This document shows positions 13,523-25,704 of a stretch of DNA of 64,000 nucleotides, in pieces. A program made the position numbers and the translations under genes. Within the stretch, counting starts at the first letter, position 1. Each line of letters opens with the position of its first letter. The notes under the pieces are model-generated. The model was given only the letters and a program-made list of their open reading frames with translations. It did not search any database and had not been told where the DNA came from. Origin of the DNA: Octopus sinensis (lineage: Eukaryota); assembly GCF_006345805.1 (NCBI RefSeq), contig NC_042998.1:162130001-162194000 (forward strand), written 5' to 3'.

Positions 13523-13922
13523 TTCTCTCCCTCTGTTTCTCTCCATCTCAATCTTTCACACTTTCCCTCTTCCACTCCCATTCACTATATATATATATAT
13601 TATATATATATATATATACACACATATTGAATTTAGTGGCATAAAAATAGAAACCCCTATTTCATTTCTTGAAAAGGTCAAAAACCACATCACGACATAT
13701 ATTGAAACCATGATTATTCCACTTCCGACCAGATATCAACAAGATAGATTTAAAGAATTATACATTATGTTAAATTTAATATTTCACTATTGATTATCAT
13801 AAACAGTGTTTCCATTGGATATTCTTTATCTGTGGGATATCTGGTCAAGAAAAAATGCCCTCATATACAGACACACACACACACACGACACTGTATATAT
13901 ATTTGATTTGTGTGTCTGTATA

Positions 13923-13962
<40 letters not shown>

Positions 13963-16164
13963 GATATTATCTTCATATATATATATATATACACACATAC
14001 ATATTTGTATATATATATATTTATGTGTATGTATGTGTGTGTGCATGTATGTATGTATATATGTGTGTGTATGTATGTGTGTGTGAGTATGCATGTATGT
14101 CTGTATGAAAGTATTTATATATATATATGAGTAATTCTTCTTAGTATCTCATCCTTTGGATAATATTCTAATAAATCTAATTCATATATTTTTCTCTTCC
14201 GTTTAATGGTGTTTGCAATATATGTATGAATGACTGAATAAAACTCTGGAAACAAAATGGCTAGATTGGTGAAATAACAATTACTGATCGTTATTTCAAT
14301 TCCGTGTCTACCACTGCAGGCATTTCATTGTGTCACTTACTAAGCAATTAGTTCTACTTACTTTGGTTGTCTCCAACTGAAGACTGAACAGCAGAACAGT
14401 CTGGTAATTTACTCGTAAATATCTTGCATCCTGTTCAGGTGGTGAAGTATCCATCATCCTTTTAATTCTAAACATTATAAATTAATATATCTCAACTGGA
14501 AATATCTAGAGGATTAAATTGTCCTTAATAATTTTGTGTGGGCACTATATATAATGTGTACATTTATGTGTGTGTGCACACATGTGTGCATATATGGATT
14601 TGTGTGTGAGTGACTGTGTGTGTATGTATAGTCAGGTATAAGCACAGGTGTGGCTATGTGGTTAAGAAGTTATCTTTAAAGTTACACACTTCTAGGTTCA
14701 GTCCCACTATGTGGATATTGTTAGCTGTTGTTGTCTACTGTAGCTGACTGGTTGACCAATACCTTGTGAGTAAAATTTGCTCAACAGAGACTGGAAAAGG
14801 TTTATATCTATATGCAAATTTGTGTGTGTTTTCCTCTTGTCTCCATGTGTGTACACTAATTGCAGACAGAGGCAACATTCATGCAAAAATGGCAGTATAT
14901 CCAGAGTTTTCATTGTTTGCTAAACTAAGGGGAAAATAACCTTCCTTGAAAATAGAGGATTAGTTACAAGAAGAGAATCCAGCTGTAGAAAAATATGCCT
15001 TACCATAATTTCATCTAACTCATGCAAGACTAGAAAAGTAGGTGTTAAAATGATGATGTTGATGCTGGTAACAATATATTTGACAATAACAGAGCCTCCA
15101 ACTAGAGCTCTGCCATCAAGGACCTCTACAATTCCAAGATGATTGAGGTCACCAAAAGCACAAGCTCTCAGCCCACAGTTGTTCTTCAGTCTATAAGTGC
15201 ATGATTAGAATAGGTTCATTCATCCTAACCATTTTCACCGCAATCTTTCACCTTTCGACAAATTACTTAAGAAGAGCACTTCTCTCTCTACTTTTAATTT
15301 TCTTTTGAAGGGAACTTGAAAAAGCTGATGAGGGTTGGACCTGAGAGGAAACTGTCTACCCTCAATCTCTTTAGTTTCATTTACCATAACGTTCAACCAG
15401 AGAAAAACTACCTGGGCAACCTTATTAAAGAAGCATGGTCGATGAGCCTCATGATGGATTTGGCTGCTAGCTTATACGTTCAACCCTAACATGAGTTGTT
15501 TACCATAGATAGCTCCACAAGTCAACAATGCTCAGACACTGCACAGTTATATGTTGTAAAATTTTATCATTCAGCATGCTTGTTTCCAACTTAGACTAAG
15601 AGTTCAAATTTTGGAGCACAGGGAACAGTTCATTATATCACCCTTAGTAAATTACTTTTTAAATCTTTGAGACGATGAAAGGTATAGTTTATCTCAGTGG
15701 GGTTTGAAATCAGATTGTTAAATGCAATAACTAAATACTGCATGGTATTTCAATAGCTTACTTGACAAAAGTAACCTGTAAACAGATGAGCAGATGGTTT
15801 GTAATAAAGAAAAATAAATCTTTAGATGCATAGTCCAGCTATTGTTAAAGCTATACTGCAGGATGTATTCACACAAAAAAGAAAAAAAGTAAAAGCGGCA
15901 TGGATCAACTTAACCCTTTAGCATTTAGATTTCTCTGTTGAATGCAATGCTTATTTAGTCACATTGTTTTGATAATTATGCATTATCTTGAGGCTTCAAG
16001 ATTTCAATGATGTGATTGTTTATTTTTACCATGACATTGTAGGGTAGGTATGAGGATGTTGGAGCTGGCAAGTTTGGATATAAAAGAGGCAGAATATTTT
16101 GGCTGGATATGGCCAGTTTAAATGCTAAAGGGTTAAGAAAGGAATTTGGTAGGAATTCACATTT

Positions 16165-16790
16165 ATGGATAGAGAAGTACCACAAAATTTACAAAATCTG
16201 CCCACTATCAAATTTATCTTAGTGAGTATGAAAACTTGGAAGACCATCTTGACTCTCCAGCATGTGGATTGGCTGTTAACATCAAGACTAATCATCGTAA
16301 GAAGAAGAATCTTCTTTCTTGGATCTTTGTTATCATCTCTGCCCTTCTATCTTGTACTAGCACCACTCACCAATCTCATGAACAACAACAGCCTTGTGTA
16401 CAACTCAAAGGGTGGCAAAGGGAACTGTCTGTTCTACACTGATGACCTCAAAATGTTTACTGAGGACTGAGGATGACGACTAGCAGAAATATCTACTCAA
16501 CATTGTCAAGATCTTTAATCATGTCATCAAAAGGGAGGTTAAAACTACCAATGCATTGAAGCCACTTTAAATAATGGAAAACGTACCAACATTGCAGATT
16601 TAGACCTGGATATGGATACCATAATCAAAGGGCTTGATCAAGTTATCACACACAATTACCTGAGAATGAATGAAGAACAAAACTTAGCTATGAAAGAGAA
16701 AAATACTACAAGAGAGTATTTATGGAATTAGTGGTCAAACTTGATGCTGATAACAGATTTAAAGATATTAGTACACCAAGAATATATGGA
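16165..16790 (+). pseudogene. Decayed reverse transcriptase of an R4/Dong-like (RLE) non-LTR retrotransposon
   Basis: RRRIFFLGSLLSSLPFYLVLAPLT resembles RRGIFQGDSLSPLLF; CLFYTDDLKMF resembles HLFYMDDLKLY; later DLDMDTIIKGLDQ..NYL and YYKRV. Stops and frameshifts are present. Confidence 0.8.
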
Positions 16791-17871
16791 GCATAAGTAT
16801 GTCATAACTCCAGGGTACCATGGTATCCTCTTTCTTAACATGCCTTACAAAAACTTCTATTGTAGACATTTCTTGGTTCTGCACCATTTAGACCTTTAAG
16901 GAGATACACTTTAAACTTTATTTCTCTCTTCTATTAACAGTTCTTCTTCTGGAAACATTTTTAGACATTTTTCCACGAAATTCCCTCTAAACTTCTGTTG
17001 GTACTTAGCCTTCTATTGCCTAGCATATTATTTCCAGAACTCTGTTATTTATAGAAACTTTTTTGAATGAGTTTTCCCAGTTATAATTACTTTTCATGTT
17101 GCTGATACTACTACTATTTGTGGTGGCGGTAGAGGACATGTCATTACGGTTATGACTACTTTTGACGCTGTTGCTGTCAAACTGTTAATATTGATGCTGC
17201 CGATGGCTAAAGTGGCCATAGAGGTGTCATCTTTTGAAGAAGCTAACATTCTACTAATAATTTCGTCACTGATATCATTGCTGCCACAACTTTAGCACCT
17301 CTGGCACAATTGTTCCTGGTGATTGTTGGATTGGTATTCCTTATGTCATTGGCATCGATCAATGGGGTCTTTTGAAAAAAATATATTTATTAAAATAAGT
17401 ATTTTTGAAAATTCAAAAACTAAAATGTGACTCCAACAGAGACTGAAGGAATTGAAATACCAGCATGTTGCAACACTAATCAGTTTTTACAAGAAGCTGG
17501 GCCACATTAATGGAAATTAAATGGTTTATAAATGCCATGTTAATAGTAAATATAACAAAATCATGGACTGAATCACCAGTAGCAGCAGCAATGACAACCA
17601 TAACAACACAACAACAACAATGCTTTTAATTTAATGCCAGCAGTTTGGAAGGAAGAAGTTGGTCAATTGCATTAGTGCATTAGTCCTAATAGTTGTAGGG
17701 TACTTTAATTTATTACCCTCAGAGTAATGAAAGGTAAAGTTGACCTCAGCAAGAGTTGCACTCAAAACAAAGTACCAAAAGAAATAGTGTATGTTTTCTG
17801 ATGCTTTAATGATTCTGCCAAACCAGTGCTCTTGATGATGATGATGATGATGATGATGATAAAAATAAATT

Positions 17872-18030
17872 TTCAAATTTTGGCTCAAGTAGGTGCTTAT
17901 TTTATTGACCCCAGAAAGGATGAAAGGTAAAACCAACCTTGGTAGAATTTGAATTCAGAAAATAAAGGACCAGAAAAAATGTTGCATAGTATTTTTCCCA
18001 GTATTCACATGAGTTTCCTGACTCACTGCC

Positions 18031-18032
<2 letters not shown>
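17872..18032 (-). mobile_element. tRNA-derived SINE family B, degenerate
   Basis: Reverse complement of the conserved core ctttcatcctttc-ggggtc-ataaa; followed by (AAT)n. Confidence 0.7.
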
Positions 18033-18069
<37 letters not shown>

Positions 18070-18071
<2 letters not shown>

Positions 18072-18620
18072 GATGCAGTACCAGGCAGTGGCTCTCATGG
18101 CTTCTGATCTTAACTGATTGCAAGTGTTATCATGTACATTGTTTTGTCTTGGTATAAAAGATGGGCTACAGCAAATATTCTGCTTAATACCACAGATTTG
18201 CTTGTCAGGTGTTTGACCTTAACCAGTTGAGCATTTCCGTTAGTGGCTGACGATATGTGCATCTCTGATCACGAGCAGAAGTAGTGGGGGAGCATCATAG
18301 CCATGTGTTGAGAGGGATTCTTTGGGGTTTGAATAATTCACCTCTGGAAACATGGGTGGTTCTTTCAACATCCTTAAACAATCCTTATTCAGGGACCTTT
18401 TGAGCGGGATGGGCTACTCAACCTGAAGAAAATTCTAACTGGGCCCCACCCGCAAGGTCATGTGCTGTTTATCTTGATATGAGATCACCATGTCGCGCAC
18501 ATATGGTTGTGATGCATGTGCCTGATGTACCTTTATCAGACGGGTAGTCATGATGGGTATATTGGGCTTCGTATATTTTACCCCAGTGTCACTTTGATGG
18601 CATGAACTGCTCTCTCACTC
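18070..18620 (+). mobile_element. About 550-bp (AAT)n-tailed element, copy 1 (probable 3' UTR of an AAT-targeting LINE)
   Basis: Embedded in (AAT)n on both sides, ends ...ctctctcactc-aataataat; about 98% identical by eye to 19340-19842. Confidence 0.75.
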
Positions 18621-18630
18621 AATAATAATA

Positions 18631-18661
<31 letters not shown>

Positions 18662-18686
18662 TAATGATAATAATGATAATAATTAA

Positions 18687-18748
<62 letters not shown>

Positions 18749-18806
18749 TAATAATAATAATTACAACAACAATAATAATAATATTAATAATAACCATAAT
18801 GATAAT

Positions 18807-19018
18807 CGTTTCTACTGTAGGCACAAGACCTAAAATTTTAAGGCAGGGGATAGTTGATTACATCGACCACAGTGTTTCATTGGTATTTAATTTATCAACC
18901 CTGGAAGGATGGAAGGCAAAGTCAACCCTGGTAGCATTTGAACTCAGAATCTGATGACAGATGAAATGCCACTGAGCATTTTGACTGGTGTGCTAATGAT
19001 TCTGCCAGATCACTACCT
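18807..19018 (-). mobile_element. SINE family B
   Basis: Minus strand has B-box-like gagttcaaatgc and the core gttgactttgccttccatccttccagggttgataaatt. Confidence 0.85.
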
Positions 19019-19038
19019 AATAATAATAAAAAAATAAT

Positions 19039-19249
19039 TCTTTCTACTGGAAGCACAAGGCCTCAAATTTGGAAGACAGGATTGAGTCAATTACATCGAC
19101 CTTAGTGCATAACAGGTACTTATTTAATCGACCCCGAAAGAATGAAAGGCAAAGTCAACCTCGTTGGATTTCGAACTAAGAATGTAGTGACAGATGAAAT
19201 ACCGCTAAGCATTTGCCTGGCATGCTAATGATTCTGCCAGCTCACTGCC

Positions 19250-19250
<1 letters not shown>
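19039..19250 (-). mobile_element. SINE family B (adjacent to previous copy)
   Basis: Minus strand aggcagtgagctggcagaatc...agttcgaaatcc...gttgactttgcctttcattctttcggggtcgatt. Confidence 0.85.
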
Positions 19251-19303
<53 letters not shown>

Positions 19304-19307
19304 TAAC

Positions 19308-19339
<32 letters not shown>

Positions 19340-19340
<1 letters not shown>

Positions 19341-19842
19341 TGGAAGTGTTATCATGTACATTGTTTTGTCTTGGTATAAAAGATGGGCTACAGCAAATAT
19401 TCTGCTCAATACCACAGATTTGCTTGTCAGGTGTTTGACCTTAACCAGTTGAGCATGTCCCTTAGTGGCTGACGATATGTGCATCTCTGATCACGAGCAG
19501 AAGTAGTGGGGGAGCATCATAGCCATGTGTTGAGAGGGATTCTTTGGGGTTTGAATAGTTCACCTCTGGAAACATGGGTGGTTCTTTCAACATCCTTAAA
19601 CAACCCTTATTCAGGGACCGTTTGAGCGGGATGGGCTACTCAACCTGAAGAAAATTCTAACTGGGCCCCACCTGCAAGGTCATGTGCTGTTTATCTTAAT
19701 ATGAGATCACCATGTCGCGCACATATGGTTGTGATGCATGTGCCTGGTGTACCTTTATCAGACGGGTAGTCATGATGGGTATATTGGGCTTCGTATATTT
19801 TACCCCAGTGTCACTTTGATGGCATGAACTGCTCTCTCACTC
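19340..19842 (+). mobile_element. (AAT)n-tailed element, copy 2 (about 50 bp shorter at the 5' end)
   Basis: Same sequence and same 3' end as 18070-18620. Confidence 0.75.
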
Positions 19843-19880
<38 letters not shown>

Positions 19881-20106
19881 TAACAATGCTTTATATTACA
19901 GGTATAAGGTCTGAAATATGGTGGGAGGGGAGTAGTTGATTACATCAACTCCAGTGCTCAACTGGTATCTATTTTATCGATCCTGAAAGAATTAAAAGCA
20001 AAGCCAACCTCAGCAGACTTTGAATTTGGAAAGTAAAGAACTTTTATAATAAAATATAGAGAGAATTATCATAGCAATAGTATTAATAATAATAATAATA
20101 ATGATA

Positions 20107-20157
<51 letters not shown>

Positions 20158-20165
20158 TAACAACA

Positions 20166-20222
<57 letters not shown>

Positions 20223-20223
20223 C

Positions 20224-20583
20224 AACAAGAGCACTCAGAGGGCGCAAGGCAACAGCAACATCCTCTCAACGGTTAGCCAGAGATGATTTTTAAAATGAGA
20301 ATATCTGAAATAAACTCGACTGCTCTCACAAATAAGAATACTAAAAATGAACCTGACCACACTCAAAAATTAAGTAAAAAAAACAGGAAAAATAATCCAG
20401 AATCCTTGTCCGGTACCAGATTGATCCCAAAATTTAATCAATTCGTGCCTGTTGTGAGGCCAAACATCCCTGAAAGTTTCATTTGAATCCACCCAGCAGT
20501 TCTTGAGATATCTTGTCCATGGACAAACAAACAAACAAATACGACTGAAAACAATACCTCCACCTTCGCTAAGGTGGAGGTAA
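20224..20583 (+). mobile_element. Helentron/DINE-1-like non-autonomous element
   Basis: 3' perfect hairpin acctccacctt-cgct-aaggtggaggt (20556-20581) preceded by a (caaa)n microsatellite; no ORF. The class assignment is inference from architecture. Confidence 0.55.
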
Positions 20584-20596
20584 TAACAAGAATAAT

Positions 20597-20767
20597 CCTT
20601 TCTGCTATAGGCACCAGGCCTGAAATTTTGGAGGAGGGGAATAGTTGATTACATTGCCCTCAGTGTTTCACTAGTACTTTTAAGTTATTGGCCCCAAAAG
20701 GATGAAAGGCAAAGTTGACCTCGATGTAGCAACAGGTATGTTCATAATTCTGCCAGCTTGCTGCCTT
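20597..20767 (-). mobile_element. SINE family B with internal deletion
   Basis: cctttctgctataggcaccaggcctgaaattttgg...ggatgaaaggcaaagttgacctcg...ctgccagcttgctgcctt, followed by (AAT)n. Confidence 0.8.
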
Positions 20768-20785
20768 GATGATGATAATAATAAC

Positions 20786-20881
<96 letters not shown>

Positions 20882-21376
20882 TATAATAATAATAGTAATA
20901 ATAACAACAACAACAACAACAATAATAATAGTTTTTTTTATTTATTTGTACTCATTTATATGCAAAAACAATACTAAAACACAAAGATTACAAAGTGTGG
21001 GAATACACCATAAATGTTATATAATGGAAATGAGAAGGGATCTTGGTGAAAAAGTTATAGCATAGCCAATAGAAAGGAAGATAAAAACCAGTAACAATTA
21101 GGCACTGCTGAAACGTTTGATGAATCATTGAAAAATCCACAAAACCATCTGCCCATCACCACCACCACCACAAATGTAACCACAGCAAGATTTTCTTTGT
21201 GGAGATTTCTTTCCAACATTTTGTGATGGATGTCAACTAAAGAAAAAAGTATTGAAAAAGTTTTCTTTTTCTGCCCAAACTGGGTGAAAAAATTAACACC
21301 AAACTTCTCACTGTTATCAAAAATAACTCAAACAAAATTAGACAGGTAAAAAATATCATCCCATGTTGAAAAGGCA

Positions 21377-21551
21377 TGGCTGTGTGGTAAGACGCTTACT
21401 TCCAAATCACATGGTTCCTGGTTCAGTCCCACTGCATGGCACCTTGGCAAGTTGACTAAAGCCTTGTGAGTGGATTTGGATGACAGAAACTGAAAGAAGC
21501 CTGTTGTATGTATATCTATCTATATATGTATGTATATATATATATATATAA

Positions 21552-21619
<68 letters not shown>

Positions 21620-22760
21620 AAATGGGACAAAAACACAAAACATCTAGACAGTTAGGTGATACAAAAAAGAGACAACAAAACATCCAGACAGACAATGCAA
21701 AGAAAACAAGGACAGGTCATTTGGAGTTTTTTTCCTCAATCAAGTTCCAGATTATCTTTGCAATTTCGGCTGGTTGTACTTGAGATTGTTCCAATCTGAC
21801 CAGCCCCAAGGAAAAACTAAGCTAAGAGCATTAGATTCCTTGGAAGAAAGTAGTAAATGTATACGAAAACAAGAATGGAAAAAAAACCGGAGAAATGTTA
21901 CACAAATACAAATGCAAATAACAGGACATAACAACAGGTATCTTTCGACTAAGGATGAATTAAATTAAGCTGGCGTGTGTGGAAGTAAAGCCTTATAGCA
22001 GGGACATAAGATTTGACAGGAACAGGGAAGAATACAGATGTTGCAGATGGTAGTTGAACCAAGAAAGAAAGGTCAGGCTTGGCTGAACACCGGTCATGTA
22101 GAGAGAGAAGAAAGAGAGGTAGAGGCAGAGGGATAGAAGAATTAAGGAGGGGTGAAAAAATAATGAAAGGGAAAGAGTGAAGGGAAAGAGATGGGAAGTG
22201 AGCATGAAGAGGAGGCCAGGAAATGTGAGAGAGGGGGAAACAAAAGAACGAAGAGTGGAATGAATGAAGTAAGTGTGAAAGGGCTGATAGAAAGAAGGAA
22301 ATAATGAAAGAATAGAAAGTATAATAGAGTCGTACAAAATTTAGATATACATATATACTTACATATAGGAGACCAAAGTGTACATATGCTGCTATATTTT
22401 TTATATATAAAAATAGAAAAATGGGACAAGAACGGAAAACATCCAGGCAGTTAGGTACTACAAAAAAGGGACAACAAGACATCCAGACAGACGATACAAA
22501 GAAAACAAGGATGGGTCATGTTTATGTGTGTATGTCTTTGCATCTGTGTTTGTCCCCTCATCATCACTTGACAACCAATGATGGTGTGTTTATGTTCCCA
22601 TAGCCTAGCTGTCCGGCATAAGAGACCAATAGAGTAAGTACTAAGCTTACAAAGAATAAGTCATGGGGCTGATTTCTTTTACTAAAAACCCTTTAAGGTA
22701 GTGCTCCAGCATGGCTGCAGTCAAATGACTGAAATGTGTAAAAGAATAAAAGAATAATGT
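21377..22760 (+). mobile_element. Family A SINE split by a 0.9-kb insertion in its central microsatellite
   Basis: Head at 21377-21510 and tail at 22520-22760 are collinear with 7471-7885. Confidence 0.85.
21620..22519 (-). mobile_element. Partial-tandem element with about 100-bp direct repeats (Penelope-like architecture)
   Basis: aatgggacaa...aaagaaaacaagga..ggtcat at 21620-21720 and 22419-22519; inserted in (TA)n; no coding capacity. Strand and class are inferred. Confidence 0.55.
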
Positions 22761-23039
22761 TGTTTGAAATATCTGAAGGAATTTCACAACTGTTTAACCT
22801 AGGGTTCTGCAAAAGGTTCCTAGGGGTTTCATGAAAAAGTGTGAGATAAGCTAATGCTAATTTCATGATCATAATATTACTATACATGCACAACATATTA
22901 TTGGTTATTGTAATATTGTAATATAGACATCATCCTATCTAATCTATTATGTGTTACTCAAGAGGACTTCAGTTTGAACAATTTTCATGATGTTTCATAT
23001 TTAGATGTTTTTATCAAATTCATTCAGTCATTAAACATA

Positions 23040-23100
23040 AATAAATCTTGGAATTAAACGGTTTTGATTTACTGTCAAGTGACTTTTGGCCAACCCTGTA
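23040..23100. mobile_element. Solo Tc1/mariner-type terminal inverted repeat end
   Basis: Ends ...gacttttggccaaccctg-TA; the reverse complement TACAGGGTTGGCC resembles Tc1/pogo termini. No partner end seen. Confidence 0.4.
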
Positions 23101-23122
23101 TTTATATATATATATATAAATG

Positions 23123-23168
<46 letters not shown>

Positions 23169-23793
23169 TGAGTGTGTGTGGATATATAAATACACACACA
23201 CACACACAAACACAGAATTATTAGTGACAGGTGCAGTATTAATGCTAAAAGACAGTCTTCATATTCAACTCAATGTGGCGGTTTTGTTAGAATGCCAAAT
23301 ACCGTGGTATTCACCATGAATAGTCCTCTCATATAAACGAACGCTAAGTTGGATGTAAAGATTACCTTTTAATATAAACACTACTTGTGTCACTAACAAT
23401 TATTTTTTAATAAGCCTGCTGGCTATTTGTGGTTTCAGCACCTGAAAAGCCACTCTAATTATACATATATATATATATATATCACTAGCAGTAAGATTTG
23501 GCTGGTATGCAGTGAACATTCAATTCTCACCTGCTAATGATATATATGTGCTTTTATGCACAATGCATCTATATAAGAGGACCTCTCAAGGCAAATACTG
23601 CAGTATTGAGCCTTTTAACAAGACATCCATTTTAAATTGTATGTAAAGTATATATATATATATATATATATAAACCTATTTGAAATGAATGCATGGTGTT
23701 CAATTATATAATGATATAAATAATATAAATATATATGTATATATACATATATGTACATACTTACATATATATGTATATATATATATGCATATG

Positions 23794-24160
23794 TGGGTAC
23801 AGGACGTCACAAAACGTAAGCAACATGAAATACAAAAACAACACGAAATACGAAATACGAAAACATTGAATACATACTTTTTTTATTCAAACAACGAAAG
23901 AAACAAATGGAAAACAAGACAAGTAGCATAAAGGACTACCCTTCATCAGTTGTTGGCTGTTTATCTACTCCACATTTCGAGCAATTCATGAGCTTGAAAT
24001 GTGAAGTAGATAAACAACCGACAACTGATGAAAGGTCGTTCTTTATGTTACTTGTCTTGCTTTCCAGTTGCTTCTTTCATTGTTTGCATAAAAATGTTCG
24101 AATACCATGTTTTCATATTTCGTTTTTCCTGTTGTTTACATTTTGTGACGTCCTGTACCC

Positions 24161-24161
<1 letters not shown>
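23794..24161. repeat. Fold-back palindrome, arms about 180 bp, 9-nt loop
   Basis: tgggtacaggacgtcacaaaa ... ttttgtgacgtcctgtaccca; centre cacatttcgagc-aattcatga-gcttgaaatgtg. Confidence 0.9.
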
Positions 24162-24191
<30 letters not shown>

Positions 24192-24203
24192 TATTATATA
24201 TAT

Positions 24204-24248
<45 letters not shown>

Positions 24249-24323
24249 CATGTAAGTATGTACATATATGTATGTAAAAAAGCATATATATAATATATAT
24301 ATGTATATATAACAAAGTAGACT

Positions 24324-24551
24324 GTAGCATATTTTGCGACTATAACATGGCTCTTCTATAAAGAACTATGTTATCACATTTTAACCCCCAGGAAAACGTC
24401 CTTTCCAGCTGGTCAATGACACACAACCTGTATCCAATATACTCACAATATATTGGATATAGGTTGTGTGTCGTTGAAATGTTTTCCTGTGATTAAAATG
24501 TAGTAACAGTTCTTTATAGAACAGCTATGTTATAGTGGCAAAAAACGTTAC
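24324..24551. repeat. Fold-back palindrome, arms about 110 bp, 7-nt loop
   Basis: gacacacaacctgtatccaatata-ctcacaa-tatattggatataggttgtgtgtc, plus outer arms ttctataaagaact / agttctttatagaa. Confidence 0.9.
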
Positions 24552-25062
24552 TATATATACTTGTGTGTGTGTGTGTATGTGTGTTGTGTATATATATATA
24601 TATATATATATATACGTATGTATGCGTATCCTTAATTAAATTAAACAGCACATGGATTTAATCACATGAATCTCAATCCACCATGGTAATTTTTTCAAGA
24701 ACTATCATTGAAGTCGAGACACACAAAGACTTAACAATGTATCAGTGTACCTATTTTAAAATTTTTGTATATGTTTATTATTATTTTTTTGCAAAAAACA
24801 ATGTAATTTTCTTTCTTCCCCCTCCTCAAACATAAATTTTTTTTTTCTTTTCACCTTACAATTCTTGAAAAGTCACATTGTAACGAAAACCGGTTTGAAT
24901 TAATATATGTATATTTTATTAATTTTTCAAAATTTTTCCATACACCCATTTTCATTAAAATTTACCTTCAATTTAGCATTCTGCCTTTTTATAATTTTTC
25001 CTTGCCTATCATTTCTCCACGTGCGGTCAACACAACCCCATCATTTATTGATATCATCATCA

Positions 25063-25480
25063 TCATCATCATCATCGTTTAACGTCCGCTTTCCATGCTA
25101 GCATGGGTTGGACGGTTCAACTGGGGTCTGGCAAGCCCGAAGGCTGCACCAGGCCAGTCAGATCTGGCAGTGTTTCTACAGCTGGATGCCCTTCCTAACG
25201 CCAACCACTCCGAGAGTGTAGTGGGTGATTTTATGTGCCACCGACACAGGTGCCAGACGAGGCTGGCAGACGGCCACGCTCGGATGGTGTTTTTTATGTG
25301 CCACCGGCACAGGTGCCAGACGAGGCTGGCGGACGGCCACGCTCGGATGGTGTTTGTTATGTGCCCTCAGCACGGAGGCCAGTCGTTGCGGTACTGGCTA
25401 CGATCACGTTCGGATGGTTTTCTTATGTGCCACCGGCACTGGTACCAAGGATACAAATTCCATTGATGTTCATCTATTTT
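25063..25480 (-). mobile_element. RTE-tailed SINE with internal 63-bp tandem repeats
   Basis: (cat)n tail; atgtgcc unit starts at 25233, 25296, 25359 and 25425. Confidence 0.85.
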
Positions 25481-25490
25481 GATTTGGTTC

Positions 25491-25620
<130 letters not shown>

Positions 25621-25704
25621 ATATATATATGTATGTGTATATATATGTATATTATATATATGCATGTGTATAGTGTATATATATGTATTTTTTTTTTTTT
25701 TTTG

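Noticed and set aside
25233-25450. Regularly spaced GC-rich repeats resembling a CRISPR array
   Set aside because: The units are contiguous tandem repeats with no unique spacers, inside a eukaryotic SINE.
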